NCBI RefSeq assembly: GCF_009914755.1
Contig: NC_060930.1
Reading direction: 5' to 3' (one strand)
Length of the DNA stretch: 64,000 bases
DNA from: the human T2T-CHM13v2.0 reference genome, Homo sapiens
Shown here: positions 13,865-29,424 of the stretch, piece by piece
Position numbering within the stretch: the first letter of the stretch is position 1
Layout of the letters: each line of letters begins with the position of its first letter
Program-made: the position numbers and the translations under genes
The notes under the pieces: generated by a model
The model's input: only the letters and a program-made list of their open reading frames with translations
Databases searched by the model: none
What the model was told of the DNA's origin: nothing

Positions 13865-15701
13865 CTAAATATATCATTCTTTGAAATCCAAAAGTTTCTC
13901 CTCAGTGAAGACATGCATACCGACTCCAGCCTATAGTAACTTGGCACTTCTGTGCTTTTGTATTACTTTTCAGAACTATAAACAATACTTTATCAATTTG
14001 ACTCATATGTTTATGTATGTGGATATAAGTGTGTGTGTGTATAAACACCTGCTATTACTGTCTTATATGTAAAGCTTATCTCTGAAAGTAAAATTCATAA
14101 ATAAAAGGAAAAATGATACTTCATACTTTTCTTTTTATCTTCTCAGCTCAAGTAGGAACCAAATCAATATCTGGGGATAAAAATTATTTCTGAACACATA
14201 GGATATATTTAAATAAATACTATTTTGAGAGGAAATTTGTAAAATAGTGTGAAAATATGACTTCCTTAACTTCTCATTTTTCTTAAAAATTATATACCAT
14301 CACAAAGGGAGACTAGCAACCCTGTCATTAATTTTTTAAAAATGAAAACCCAGGATTTTTGTCCAACTTTTTCTACTACTCACTTTAAACAGCAAGACTT
14401 AGCTTAAGTCTCTAATGAATTATAATCTCTTTTAAAAGACGGAGAATTGACTATAACTGTTAGATAATAAAGAGGCTAGTATCGAACTTCTAGCCAGAAG
14501 CGCACACCAAATTTTTTTAAGTATCTTTCATAAAAGTTGCTAAGCACCATATTTCCATGAAAACTTATTTCAAAAACCATGAGCAGCAAACTTCTGTAGG
14601 CTAGCACATTCTCTGTAAACTATTTGCCTAGAATGAATTTTGACATTTGATTCATACAGGCTTTCTGTGCTACGGAAGAATAGCTTATCAGAGCAGTCCT
14701 ATTTGATTCACTTGAAATTGTTGCTGACAGAAATCTGGAAGGAGATGTCAGTGAATACAACAAGTAGATGGTGGTAACACTCAGATTAAGTTTCCTCTCT
14801 GTGCAAATAACCAGACTGATGCACAAAATCAGGCTTAATCTCAAAACAGGCTAAAATGGCATATTCTGCAAATGAAGTACACTTATGAGATGTAGTTTGA
14901 TTACTAGACAGAATGGAGCTTGTGCCCTCAGGTGCCTCTCCAGAATATAAGAGTCAAAACAAAATAAAAGATAAATTAATACTCCTAATCATAATTTTTC
15001 TAACACAGTTCAGAGTTGATGTATAACTCCATTGTAGAGCATAATTAAATAAATATTTAAATAGCAAACTGACAGATCATTTATGTCAGTGCTTTAATAA
15101 TTTAGCCACCTTGCATCATAAAACTATTTTTCTGAATAATCCACGGATTTTTACAGACTGTATTTTATTATGTTATACCGCATTCAATCCCTTTAAGCTC
15201 CAAATGCTGGCATATTATGTTATAGTGCTATAAATACTAATGATAAATTCTGTCCATGTTTCCACTTGGCCACAGAGTATGTGCTCCTGCTAAGGGAATG
15301 GATGAATAGAATGCACCTAATTCCAGCTTTTGTGTGATAAATTAAACAACATTCACAGGTGGAGACAAGATTCTCAAATCCCTGTCCCCCATATCATGCC
15401 TGGCAGCTGGGAAGGTGGAGGTAGGATGAGGAAAGCAAATAATTGGTAAAATTTCCTGATAGCTGAAAAACAAAAACTATGTCAGTAACATCATCTTAAA
15501 TTTGTTCAGAAGAACAGGAAGCAATAGAAAAGAAATCAAAGACTAGAAATAAAACAGTAATGATGACAGAATGATTCTAAACACAGTGGATTTAACAAAA
15601 GATACTGATAATTGTTGTTGCATGAGAGAGTGTAATTAGATTACATCCCTTCATTTGATGAACTCTGGCAAAGATTTTTTAAATTTTACTGCCTACATAT
15701 A

Positions 15702-16398
15702 TTTTTTTAAATTATACTTTTAAGTTCTGGGATATGTGTGCAGAACGTGCAGGTTTGTTACATAGGTATACATGTGCCATGGTGGTTTGCTGCACCCATT
15801 AACCTGTCATCTACATTAGGTATTTCTCCTAATGCTATCCCTCCCCTAGCTTCCACCACCTGACAGGCCCTGGTGTGTGATGTTCCCCTCTCTGTGTCCA
15901 TGTGTTCTCATTGTTCAACTCCCACTTATGAGTGAGAACATGCGGTGTTTGGTTTTCTGTTCCTGTTTTGCTGAGAATGATGGTTTCCAGCTTCATCCAT
16001 GTCCCTGCAAAGGACACGAACTGATGCTTTTTTATGGCTGCATAGTATTCTACGGTGTATATGTGCCACATTTTCTTTATCCAGTCTATCATTGATGGGC
16101 ATTTGGGTTGGTTCCAAGTCTTTGCTACTGTGAATAGTGCTGCAATAAACATACATGTGCATGTGTCTTTTTGGTAGAATGATTGATAATCCTTTGGGTG
16201 TATACCCAGTAATGGGATTGCTGGGTCAAATGGTATTTCTGGTTCTAGATCCTTAAGGATCTTCCACACTGTCTTCCACAATGGTTGAACTAATTCATGC
16301 TCCCACCAACAGTGTAAAAGCGTTCCTATTTCTCCACATCCTCTCCAGCATCTGTTGTCTCCTGACTTTTTAATGATCGCCATTCTAACTGGCGTGAG
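15702..16398 (-). mobile_element. 5'-truncated primate L1 (L1PA7/8-like): ORF2 C-terminus and 3'UTR
   Basis: ORF 15835-16383 matches the L1 ORF2p C-terminal region (RCWRGCGEIGTLLHCWW...WIKKMWHIYT); flanks share tacatat. Confidence 0.93.
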
Positions 16399-17238
16399 TA
16401 CATATTTTAAAGTAACAAAAATGTGTCCAAACTGATTTTAAAGCATAAATTTTATTCTGAAAATAACTTTTCCCAACATTTCTAACCTTACTCGACCCTG
16501 AAGTAATTTTCATTCCAAAACAGAGAAATAATTCAAAGATCTAGTTCCTGTTCTACTACCACCCTCTGATGAGGGTAAAAACTTACTAAGTGGTAAATCA
16601 CCAAGGAGTTGGCATGGCTGCCAGTGTGTAGCATGCCTATCCAGCAAGAGGTGGACAGTTTCTTCAAAAGTATGTCAGGATGGCTGCTCACAGTTAGAAA
16701 TTACTTTCAAGTTTAATGCTTTTAAAATACCAGTGATGCAGGGGCAAACAAAGTAATCCCCTGGTTTTGAAACCAAATGTGGAGAAGATAGAGAAGAAAA
16801 AAAGCATGTGAAAGAATTCCTCGAATGCTGAGAAATAAAATGGCCTATCATTCTTTAGTTTCCTCAAGAGAAGAGGAGGCATTATTAGAAAACAAGGGAC
16901 AAAGAATAAGAATTATAGTATCTTCAAGCCCAGCCTACACCCAGCCAGCAAACAACCTGGTCTGATAGCAGCTCCAACAGAAGTGAAAGAACAGAGCTTC
17001 CGGGAGCCTGCAATTCCCTCTGAGCTGTGAATGTGAGCTCCTAAAGGGCCAGGGTCACACCATAGTAACTTCTATATGGCTCTCATGCCTAGAGTTTCAC
17101 AATCTTTTGTAGAAACATAATAGTTTTCATTTACAATAAGCCTTTGAAGTATTTATATAACAAGTCGGTCTGCTGTTTCCAAGCATCTGAAAAGCAGGGC
17201 AATAATGGACAGCAGTCGCAATGATGAGGGTGGGTGGA

Positions 17239-17254
17239 TTATATATATATACGT

Positions 17255-17310
<56 letters not shown>
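17239..17310. repeat. Compound (TA)n(CA)n microsatellite
   Basis: Direct observation. Confidence 0.97.
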
Positions 17311-17313
<3 letters not shown>

Positions 17314-20300
17314 TGCCCAAATCTTTGTTTTCTAATTAGAGGGGATGGAGAGAAGACTTAGGAACATAAATAAACAAATGCTATCATTTATCTTGGATAG
17401 AAAGATAAAAACTTTATAAATGTACAAGAAAGTACAGGGAAATAAATCAAAATTACTTTCTATGAGAAGTATTTTAGGCAAAGTCCTCCGTTAAGACTCT
17501 ATGGGGAGAGAGAAGAAAGTTATTTTTCCAGAGAAACTAATAATAAACCAGGTGAAGAAACAACATCAGCATGAGAAAAATCAAACAATACAAGAGTTTA
17601 GCAGTTGTTCAACACAGCAATACAAGAGAGTCTTTCACAAGGCAGTGCATGCTTAATTGCCAAACTAATGGTGCAAACAAGTTCCAAGGAAGAAAAGAAC
17701 ATTCTGAGAGCTGGATTTGAGTTGGAAACTAAGATAGGCAGGAATCATGTGATGGGGAAAGCAAAATGTGGAGTTGGTAGGGTCAGAAACTGGAAGGAAG
17801 GCCAGGCAACTCAGCATATGTCTGATTAGAGGACCAACTTGACACAAGGGAAGACTCAGAAAATCAAGTGGTAACAGAGGTCAAAAGATAGCCTGAGGTT
17901 ATACGTGACCAAGAGTGGAGGAGGGAGGGGGGCCGAGGTCCAGCTAAGGAGTGACTTGATTATGAGGCCAGGCTCTGCTGCTGTGAGCTCCTTGTGTTCT
18001 TCAAGCTGGACCAAAATATTCTATCACTTACATGGCACGGCAGTCTTTTCCCATTTAGTAAATACAAATTAAGTTTTGAATAGAATTACCACCCTAAATC
18101 CTGTTTTAAGCTAAAAGGATAAAGACATGCCACCTTGACCAATGTCACTGGAATTTTAAATTGCACATAATACATGCCCATTAAATTATTCCTAGTTCCC
18201 AAAATGACATATAAATCTGCCACTATTTTTATGGAATCTTATAGAGTGCCATAACTTCCAGATCCTCTACAAATATGTAGATAGTTGAAACTGTTTAACT
18301 AGTAAACTTAGTAAGTGTCAGTACTATAGGTCTGAAATACCACCTTGGAGGGTGAAAAGAAACAACAATAAACAAACAAGCAAATAAAACACACTCAAAG
18401 TAATGATAGCAAATTGGATTTCCGAGACCCGAACTCAACACAAGAAAGGCAAAAAGACCTCGACACATTCTGCTCTCTGAGAAATACTTTTATCAACAGA
18501 ACACTGATGAAGAGAGCCTACATTGTTAGCCTTATTCATAACTAAGAAAAAACGGTACTGACATTCCTGTGTAGGCAGAAACAATGCCCTTGATTCTCAG
18601 ACAAAATCAACATGTGGGAACAACTTTGAGATGCCAGAGGAAAATGTGAGCAACTCTAACTCAGAATGCACATTCACTCAAGCTTCCAAAGTCTTGCAGG
18701 AACTTTCACACTTATTTGCAAACTTTAAAACACATATACCGACTTATCAGTTGTAGTAAAACCAGCTCAATTCTAGAAATGGAGGAAGCAAATATTTTCA
18801 TTCTCTTTGCAATCTGAGAATAGAAGAGAGGAAGTGACTCCCCCAAGATACCCAAAGAGTAAAAAGAAAAGTAAACATAGATCGCCTGACTTTATATCCA
18901 TGGCTTCAACTAAACCTTATTGTTTTTTTCCCCCGCTTAGAGGAAAGAGCTCTGCTGTTTTAACACACTGAGTATGTAAATGACCTTAGCAGCAATATCA
19001 TAAAGAGTGCTAGAGTCAAGTCCCTGAAGCAAACATGCAGGATCCAAGAGACACCCAAAAATTCTCTACAATTTAACTCTGGAACCAAAGAAGGTTGGCA
19101 CATACCATTTAAATATCTCAATGAGATAAAAACATTTCCAAAAAAATCAAGTTATAAAGTTTCTTCATTAAAAAATCTTCAAAGTTTTTTCGAAAAATTT
19201 TTGAGATCTCAGTTGACTATCAATAGATGATAAATTAGTATAGAATGTAAATTGTAATTATCAGTGACAACAATGAAACAGTACCTACCACAAAGATTTG
19301 GAACAAATGCACAAAGAGAGCCTAGGCCTCAGGTCAAAATTAACGCATGGCTTAGCAATAAACCTATTGTTACATAAGCCAAAAATAACATTAAAGTTGG
19401 GCCATTTCCATAGTATTTTTTTTAACTTAACTATAATCATCATTTAAAAATGCACTGTTACTCAATGTTTATGTTCATTTATTATTTCCAGCCTTGGGGA
19501 ATCCAGAAAATTCTGTGTGGCATAAAAATTTTTTATCCACTTAATATTAGCAAATGCCCTCTTTCCTTAAAAGAACACAAATTTCAAAGATGGCGATTTG
19601 TTTTTAAAAACAGTACTGTATTGGTTCCTTGGACAGTTGTCTTTATCTAATTCCTGAAGTTTAGGAGATAAAGAATAGGTTGATAGCCCACAGGAAAAAC
19701 AATGTGGAAACAGGAAGCCATAAAAAGTAGAGGATGAGGGGAGAAAGAAGGGATATGAACAGATACATGGGGATATAGACACATAAAATACATATAAATA
19801 TATAACAACATGTTAATATAGATTATACAGAATATATTAATTATATAGAGTGAGTAAGCTAGGAAGCAGAGATGATGTTCAGATGTCAAACAAAAATGCC
19901 CCCATGAATTATGTTTTTTGATTTTAAAAAAATTATTCCATTGATATAGCAATATTCACATTAAATGGTTTAAAGGGGGTACTTTTGTTGACCAAAGGTA
20001 CTGATAGGTAACAAGAACAGGAAAGTGCCTAACATACCCAATGTTCTAATCGCATCACAAAAAAAAATTATCTATAGAGACCACTGATGTGCATCATAAG
20101 CAATGCACTGAATAAAGAAGACCCCCCCCCCAGCCCCTTAAATTACTGCAGCCATATAGCTAGCTACAATGTTCCAAAATCTAAACAGCACCCTTGACTT
20201 TGCTAGGTCCTGTATACCAATGACTTTACAACCTCTGGTCCATTACTAAGCAGCTCCTTTTTGCTATGGATCAGTTTTAATCTTCTCATCCTGGCATTTG

Positions 20301-22423
20301 AGGCCTTTTAGAACCTCACCCTACTCTCTATAAGATCCCTGTAAGCCAAGCTATCACCTCATGACTTCCTGCACAGCCCATGCTTTGAGTGGCTTCTCTC
20401 CATTGTTGTAAACACCCTAAGTGAAGACAATTAGGTCTTCTTCAGTGGGCATGTTATATCAAGGTTTAATTGAAAATTAGACACATGTACATATAGAAAG
20501 AAAAAGAACAAACAATAACTACAGTCCTCTGAAGAGCCATAAAGAAATACAATATTTGCTGAGAGTAAACAGATGGAAACAAATCTATTCTCTCAAACCA
20601 AATACAAGTATTTCTTTCCCATATTCTATTCTCCTTCCTTGAGTGCTCAAAAGTTCATTAATAGCTACAGTTTCCCATATCTACTTCCCCAAATAGTCCT
20701 CAGACGGTGATTTCCGGTGTAGAGATACAGAACCACCGATAAGCAGCATCAGCATATCATCCAATCTGCCTAAGGTCAACACTGGAATTGGGAAACATTA
20801 GCCTGCTCAACCCCATGATGGCTGTACTCTGGGCTCCACTCCTGAGGAGGAAACAAGAACAGGTCTGATGAGTAACAGACCCAAACTAATGATACTAAGC
20901 AAGCAACGGGAAAATCAAAATAAGAGGAAAACTTGTATAAAAGGAAAATGCAATAAAATGGGGAATATAATTTATAACTTCTGCATTGTTATAATAGCTA
21001 TTAGGATATTGATGAATTATGGCCTATGTTGAGATGTAAAGTCACAGCTTAGAATTCAAGTGAACTGCTGGTACATAAGATCTGCTGTGGGATAGCATCA
21101 CTAAAATCTATTCAAACTCCATTTTGCTATGAACTCAAAAGAAAAAGAAAGGATTACTCAACACAAATGCTGTTTTTAAGCTTATTTCATCATGTCTTGT
21201 CCTCCAAAGTTCATTCTTATAATGGCAATATTAAGTAATCATCTATTAAATGAAAAGATACTCTAACTATAAATTAATACAGTCATAAAAATGAAGACTC
21301 CTATGCTTTCCCAATTTAAATCTTGGTGAATTAGAAGACTAAACTGCTGCTTTTCGCTTTGGATACTATCTCAACTCTGCTTCAGGCAACACAGTAAGTT
21401 GATTCCCTACAGGTAGTAGATCATAGAAGGACTAGTTACACAGATAAGAAATTGTTGTTTTTGTATCATTCCAAAACGAGATCCGAGATCTACGAAATGC
21501 ATACTAAATAAGATGGGGAAAGAGGCGAGTAGGCATAGTGATTAGCATTAGACTTTATTAACTCAAGTGTGTCTGTAATATACTTAATTTCTAAAAGAGC
21601 AGCAGTAAAAGGGAAAAAAGCAAATTCAAGTAAACGAAGAAAAATAGACAATCCAAAATTAAATGGCAAAATAGAGTCACTAATCTCAGTAGTACTAAAA
21701 ATAAATGGTCTAAATTTACCAGTTTAAAGACAGAATTCTCAAATGTGATTAAAAAGTCATCTCAAAGACATAAGGATACAATGTTTAAACGCAAAAAAAA
21801 GGTCAGGAGATAAAAGGCAGAAGAGAGTCATGAGAAATTCTAACTAAAATAAAGCTAGTACAATAACATAAATATCAAATAAAATAAATTTCAAGGTATT
21901 ATATGATGGTAAAAAAAGAAAGGGCTATCCACGAATATATAATTCTGCACATGTGTGCATCTAACAATCTAGCCTCAAATTTTGTAAAGCATAAACTTAC
22001 AGGAATACCAAGAGAAATTATCAAATCAACAATTACAAGGAAAGGTTTGAACACACCTCTCTTATTAACTGATAAACTAAGCAGTTAAACAATTAATAGA
22101 GATAGATAACATGACCCACATAATTGTCTGACCAAGTGGACAGACCTAGAAACCGGTATCAACAATAAGAAGATCATGCTTTCCAAATTCAAAAAGAACC
22201 CTTATAAAAATTGACTATATATTTCAAAGTCTTAATAAATTTAAGAATCTCTATTATTTAGACCACATTCTGACCACGCTGTAACATAAAACTGGAAATA
22301 TGAACAAACAAAAAAATTCTCTCTTCCCACAAAACATGCATACATAAACACAAATGCACACACTTTTGGAAATTTTAAATCACACCTATAAAAAATCCAG
22401 TGGTCAAAAATGATACATAATGG

Positions 22424-22745
22424 GGCCAGAGACAGTGGCTCATGCCTGTAATCCCAGCACCTTGGGAGGCCAAGGAGGGAGAATTGCTTGAGCCCAGTAA
22501 TTGAGACCTACCTGGGCAACAAAGCAAGACTTCATCTCTATAAAAGGAATTTAAAGATAAGCTAGGCATGGTGGCATATATCTGTAGCCCCATATATTCT
22601 GGAGGCTGAGGCAAGAAGAGGGACTGCCACTGCACTCCAGTCTGGGCAACAGAGAGAGATCCTGTTGAAAAAAGAAGAAAAGGGACAGGGAAGGGAAGAG
22701 GAGGGAAGAGGAGGGGAGGGGAGGAGAGTGGAGGAGAGGGGAGAC
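22424..22745 (+). mobile_element. AluJ-like with right-arm deletion and GA-rich tail
   Basis: Left arm intact, right arm shortened, polypurine tract 22680-22745. Confidence 0.85.
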
Positions 22746-22798
22746 CCAAATGGGATAGGACGAGAAAATTAAAACTGAATGGTAATGAAAGCACTATA

Positions 22799-23219
22799 TA
22801 GTTGACTCTTGAACAACACAGGTCTGAACTGCATGGATCCACTTACACCTAGATTTTCTTCCACCAAGAAACAGACAGCAAGACCAGTCCCTCCTCTTCC
22901 TCCTCCTCTTCCTCAGGCAATATGAAGACAATTAGAATGGAGACCTTAATGATAATCCACTTCCACTTAATGAATAGTAAATATATTTTCTCTCCTTCTT
23001 ATTTTTTAAGAACATCTTTTCTCTACCTTATTGTTAAGAATACAGTATATAATACAACACACAAAATTGTGTTGACTGTTTACGTTATTGGAAAGGCTCC
23101 AGGCAACAGGAGACTGATTATTAGTAGTTACATGTGGGGGCAGTCAAGAGTTATATGTAAAATTTCAACTGTGCAGAAGGCTGGTACCCCTAACTCCCTC
23201 CTTGTTCAAGGGTCAACTG
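22799..23219 (+). mobile_element. Tigger2a (MER28)
   Basis: TIRs tagttgactcttgaacaa...ttgttcaagggtcaactg, TA flanks, internal cct-rich tract. Confidence 0.88.
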
Positions 23220-24075
23220 TATTTCAAATTTGTACAATCAATCAGAGGTACTTCAAGGGAAAATTAGAGCTATGAAAGCAATGTTTTAAGTGTTAAGAAA
23301 TTAGAAAAAGCACAGTTATCCCAAAGAAAAAGAGCAAAACGAGATGAAATGTTACAAAATAGAGAAGATACAATAGAAATGATAAAACCAAGTTGTTTCC
23401 TTTGGGAAAAAATATATAATGGTAAATCTATAGTAAGAATAATTTTAAAAAGGCAAACGACACTAGAAATAAGAAATAAAAATCAAATGCACAAAACAAG
23501 AATATTATGAAAACCTTCATGCCAATAAATTTGTCAAATTAGATGAAATGGACAATCTCTACCAAAAATATTAATTGCTGTAACTAACTCGGGAAAAAAA
23601 AATTTAAAAATTTGAATCAACGATTTAAAAAAAACAAAAACTACCTTCCACTTCCACTCTTCTCCCAAAAAGGCTACCATCCAAGACAGTTTTAAAGTCA
23701 AGTTCTACCAGATCACCAAAAATAGACCAACAGTAATTTATCCAAGGCTTTTCTAGGTAATGGTAAAAGGGAAGCAACTTTATGAGGATAGAATACAACC
23801 CAGATAACAAAATCTGAGGAAGACAATTCGATAAAAGAAAATTAAAGGCAATATATGCAAAAGTCCTAAATAAAAATAATACAAAATGAATGCAGAATCA
23901 TCACTACCAAGTTTACATTAGAAATTCAGATGGTTTAACAGTAGAAAATAATGTAGATTACAACATTAGCGGGTTAGAAAAATACATGATCCTCTTAGTT
24001 GATGCAAAAAATACATTTGATAAAATTCACCACCTACTCATGAGTAAGTCTAGAAACTAGGGGAGAAAGTCCTTA

Positions 24076-24727
<652 letters not shown>

Positions 24728-24732
24728 AGCCT

Positions 24733-24779
24733 CATTAATTTTAATGGCAAAAACTGCAATTACTTTTGCACCAGCCTAA
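24733..24779. mobile_element. MADE1 mariner MITE, one arm only
   Basis: taatggcaaaaactgcaattacttttgcaccagcctaa followed by TA, the Hsmar1/MADE1 TIR. Confidence 0.85.
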
Positions 24780-24786
24780 TATAAGC

Positions 24787-25172
24787 TGTAGTACTGTTTT
24801 CATGGTTTTGAGTATCCTTCCCATGAGAGGATCATACTTGCCCACTATACTGTTATCAGCCTTGGCCATGAGACTTAATTGGCCAATGAAATGTGAGTTA
24901 AAGTAATATATACCACTTCCAAGCAGAAGATTCAAGAACTGTAGTATGGTTCTACCATGTTTTCTCTTCCCTTTATCATGAAACCAGCATATCCCAGGTA
25001 GAGGCTATTCTTTCAGTCTTGATCAGAAATAAAGATGGTGTGGAAAAGAGCCATAACAAACCCACCAAGCACATGTAACATGAGCAAGAAATAAACCATT
25101 TTTATTAAAAGTCGTGAAGATTTGCAGATTTTTTGGCTACTGCAACATAACCTAGTGAAAGCTGACAGTGAT
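24787..25172 (+). mobile_element. MaLR solo LTR (MLT1I/J-like)
   Basis: ttggccaatgaaatgtgag...acatgagcaagaaataaac...ctgcaacataacctag motifs. Confidence 0.7.
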
Positions 25173-25462
25173 CAAACAAATGCAAGTTAAAATACTGAGA
25201 AGGTATTTCACATACATTTGATTGGTCCAAATTAATAAGTCTGGTAACAAGAATCACCGATGACAATGTGGCAAAATCAAACTTAATGGTTGCTGGTTGA
25301 AATGTAAATGGTCAATTTTATCAATTTCATTTATTATTTTGGCAATATCTGGGGAAACTGAAGAAGTAAAACTGGATTCCATCAATCTAGCAATTCCGCC
25401 ACTAGGTATCTACCCTGAAGAAACTCTTACACAAGGAAACATGTCTTAAAATGTTCACTAAA

Positions 25463-25773
<311 letters not shown>

Positions 25774-25981
25774 TGTTCACTAAAGAACTATTTCTTATAG
25801 TATACAAAGAAACTGTGACTCAGGAGGGGAATAAACTAGTTTAGTCAAAGAAATACTATACAACAGTCTAAATGAATAGATTTATATATCACAAAAAGAT
25901 ACATGCAGGACAAGAAGGAAAAGATGAGAATGAGACTTTGGCAATGTCTTAAATGTTCTATTTTGTTAAAGATCTAAAACA

Positions 25982-26339
<358 letters not shown>

Positions 26340-26779
26340 TTAAAATATTTTATGATTTTTTTTAAAAAAGAGAACAAAGATAGATTTAAACCATAAAGTA
26401 CGTTGGTCAGTCTTGTGGTTTAGTGATATAAAGAACTTCAGAAATAAAAGGGCATTCTAGATGATCTAAATAATTCTATATTCTACAGATGAAGAAACTG
26501 AGGTCTACAGAGGTTGAGCAAATGACTTAAGGTCACATTAACATCAAGTTGGTTCTCAAAAATCTACATCCCCTAATTTCTAGGATAGGTAGGAAAGACA
26601 AGGGACATGCAATCAAATATAATGTAATCAAGTTCAAAAAACCATTCTGTCCCTTTCTTTATGGTCTCTTACTCCTATCCCTAAGACCTCTCCTCTCTCC
26701 CTGGGATAGAAAGGGAGTCTCAGGAAAGGGCAAACAAAGTGTTAAAAAGAGCAGGAGAAGAAAAGAAAGCTTTAAGGAC

Positions 26780-27420
26780 TGCCATGGTCTCAATGCATCC
26801 CTCCAAAATTCACGCTGAAACCTAATCCCTATGGTGGTGGCATTAAGAGGTGGTGTCTTACGTGTTCTCACTCACAGGTGGGAATTGAACAATGAGAACA
26901 CTTGGACACAGGAAGGGGAACATCACACACTGGGGCCTATCATGGGGTGCGCAGATGGGGGAGGGATAGCATTAGGAGATATACTTAATTTAAATGATGA
27001 GTTAATGGGTGCAGCACACCAACACGGCGCATGTATACATATGTAACAAACCTGCACATTGTGCACATGTACCCTAGAACTTAAAGTATTAAAAAAAAAA
27101 CAAAAAAGAGGTGGCGTCTTTAGGAAATGACTTAATCACTCTGCCTTCATGACTGGGATTAGTGCCCCTGTAACTGAGGTTGAAGGGAGCTGCCTTGTCC
27201 TTCCATCAGGTGAGGACACAGCACTTGGCCTTTCCACCATGTGAAGATCCAGAAAGGAGGGGCCATCCTGGAAGCAGAGATCAAGCCCCTCACCAGACAC
27301 CAAATTTTCTGGTGCCTTGATCTGGGACTTCCTAGCCTCCAGAGCTGTGGGCAATAAATTCATGTTGTTTTTAAATTACCCAGTTGACGGTATTTTGTTA
27401 CAACAGCAAAAACTAAGACA
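26780..27420 (+). mobile_element. MaLR MST-type solo LTR interrupted by an L1PA 3' end
   Basis: TG...CA ends, TSD aggac/aggat, MST-type 3' end (ggtattttgttacaacagc...actaagaca). Confidence 0.8.
26860..27105 (+). mobile_element. L1PA 3'-terminal fragment (about 245 bp)
   Basis: L1PA 3'UTR ending accctagaacttaaagtat + A tail; TSD aagaggtgg(t/c)gtctt. Confidence 0.93.
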
Positions 27421-27445
27421 AGGATTTTTAATCCTCTTTTGCTAG

Positions 27446-27783
<338 letters not shown>

Positions 27784-28535
27784 CTAAAACTTTGGGCAAG
27801 GAATTTAACTTCTCTAAGCCCTAAGTTCCCCGTTGTAACATGTAACACTGAAAATAGCAATGATAATATCTACCTTTATTGATTCTTAATCAATAAAACA
27901 AGATAATCCATTAAACAAGATAATCCATTCAAAGCACTTCACACAGTTCTTCAGCAAACATTAGCTATTAGTATACGTTACGTAAATAATTTGTGGAAAG
28001 CAACAAACTCTTCTGATTGACATAAAATTATAAGGTACTAGATGCGTTAAAAGATTAAAGTGACTTCTGTCAGCACCAGCGCTAATGAACTGTATGTTTT
28101 GCAAATCATAGATGTTTTTTAATTAAATGAAAGTAAATAAATTAGATGTTAAGCCAGTATCTGTCTCAGGATAAAACACTTGGGGCTAAGTTTACTGCTG
28201 AAACTTCTTTATTCTGAAATGTCAGCCTAGTGCTATCATTTTTCCTCAAGAAAAACATCTTCTAGCCAAAAGCAATATTCCAAATATTTAACACCCAGTC
28301 ATTAACACACGAACCAGTAAACACGGCTAGTGCAGACTGGCAGAATAGCATCCCTGCTTATCCCAAGGTCATGAAATATTTGTGACAGAAATGATGACCC
28401 ACTTCAATGTATTTTTTTTAGTGCAAAACTGTAATCAACTGGCTTACAGGAACTTAATAAAACACAAAAATCTATTCATCATGCCATGCCACAATCCACA
28501 TATCAAGCTAGCTCTCACTCAGCTCCCTATCTCAC

Positions 28536-28748
28536 CTCCAGGTCACAGCTGTATTCGGTGCCATCTAAGAGGGTCACTTTACACTGGACAGTTTTGGTCT
28601 TCTTGGTGACTTTTTGAGATGCCTTCTCTGCTTTCAGCTCATTGGTCTGCACTTCCTTGGTCTCCCTTTTTGCTGCTCCTCCTTCTAATTTGTCTTCCTG
28701 TGTTTCTTTTACCTTCTCTTCTCTCTCCTTACTTACTAATTCAGTAGG
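28536..28748 (-). CDS. EPB41L2: EPB41L2 second coding exon, aa 165-235 (end of headpiece and start of FERM)
   Basis: Acceptor tttttttcctcaacag|CCT ACT GAA, donor CTGGAG|gtgaga, 213 nt = 71 codons, phase 0-0. CKVTLLDGTEY is typical of the protein 4.1 FERM N-lobe start. Confidence 0.97.
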
Positions 28749-29424
28749 CTGTTGAGGAAAAAAAAATAAATTCATACTATAGTCAACCACCTTGCAGATG
28801 ACAACATACTAAAAGGAAAATCTTTCATAAGAATTAGGATCGTTACTTTAAACACTGTAACTTTCAGATTTTTAAAGACTTGAAAATTCCAATAGAAAGG
28901 ATATTTCCCCTCATCCTCTTTTCATGGCCAAAATTCTCATTTTGCCAAGTTGGTTATTTGGCATTAAATGAATCAAAGAAACTACATCCCAGCAACTACA
29001 ATTTAAGTATCATCTCAAATAATAACATTTCCAATTAAAATCTTATACCATGGCAAAACCTAGGCTTTGTTAGGCAACTAAAATGCGCACACACAAATCT
29101 ACTACTTACTGTCCAGTGAAAACTTAAAGAGGCATAAAAGAGCATTCTGTTTAAAAAAGAGATGGCAGGGCTCGGAGTATCTACCTCACCTAAACAGGTT
29201 ACAGACATGAATTTTTTAGTAATTGGTATATATAGGGGACTTTTTTTTCAAGGAGTAACAGGGAAAGGCTATGGTAGACCAATCTAAGACCCATTCCGTA
29301 TACATTAAGCTAAAGCAGTATCTCAGTACAAGAAATCTGGAAATGATCCAAAACAAACAAACCCTTTTTATTATGTGGTTACGCTATCAGGTTTTCATTT
29401 CCAGGCAATTATTCCCAAACATAC

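Noticed and set aside
14709-14766. Imperfect hairpin near the miR-21-like 12-mer
   Set aside because: Only 6-8 contiguous pairs, and the 12-mer is outside the stem; not a miR-21 paralogue.
15835-16383. 182-aa ORF, the longest in the track
   Set aside because: L1 ORF2p C-terminal fragment of a truncated L1PA, frameshifted into the 3'UTR.
28527-28790. 87-aa ORF as a standalone gene
   Set aside because: It is the spliced EPB41L2 exon plus flanking intron.
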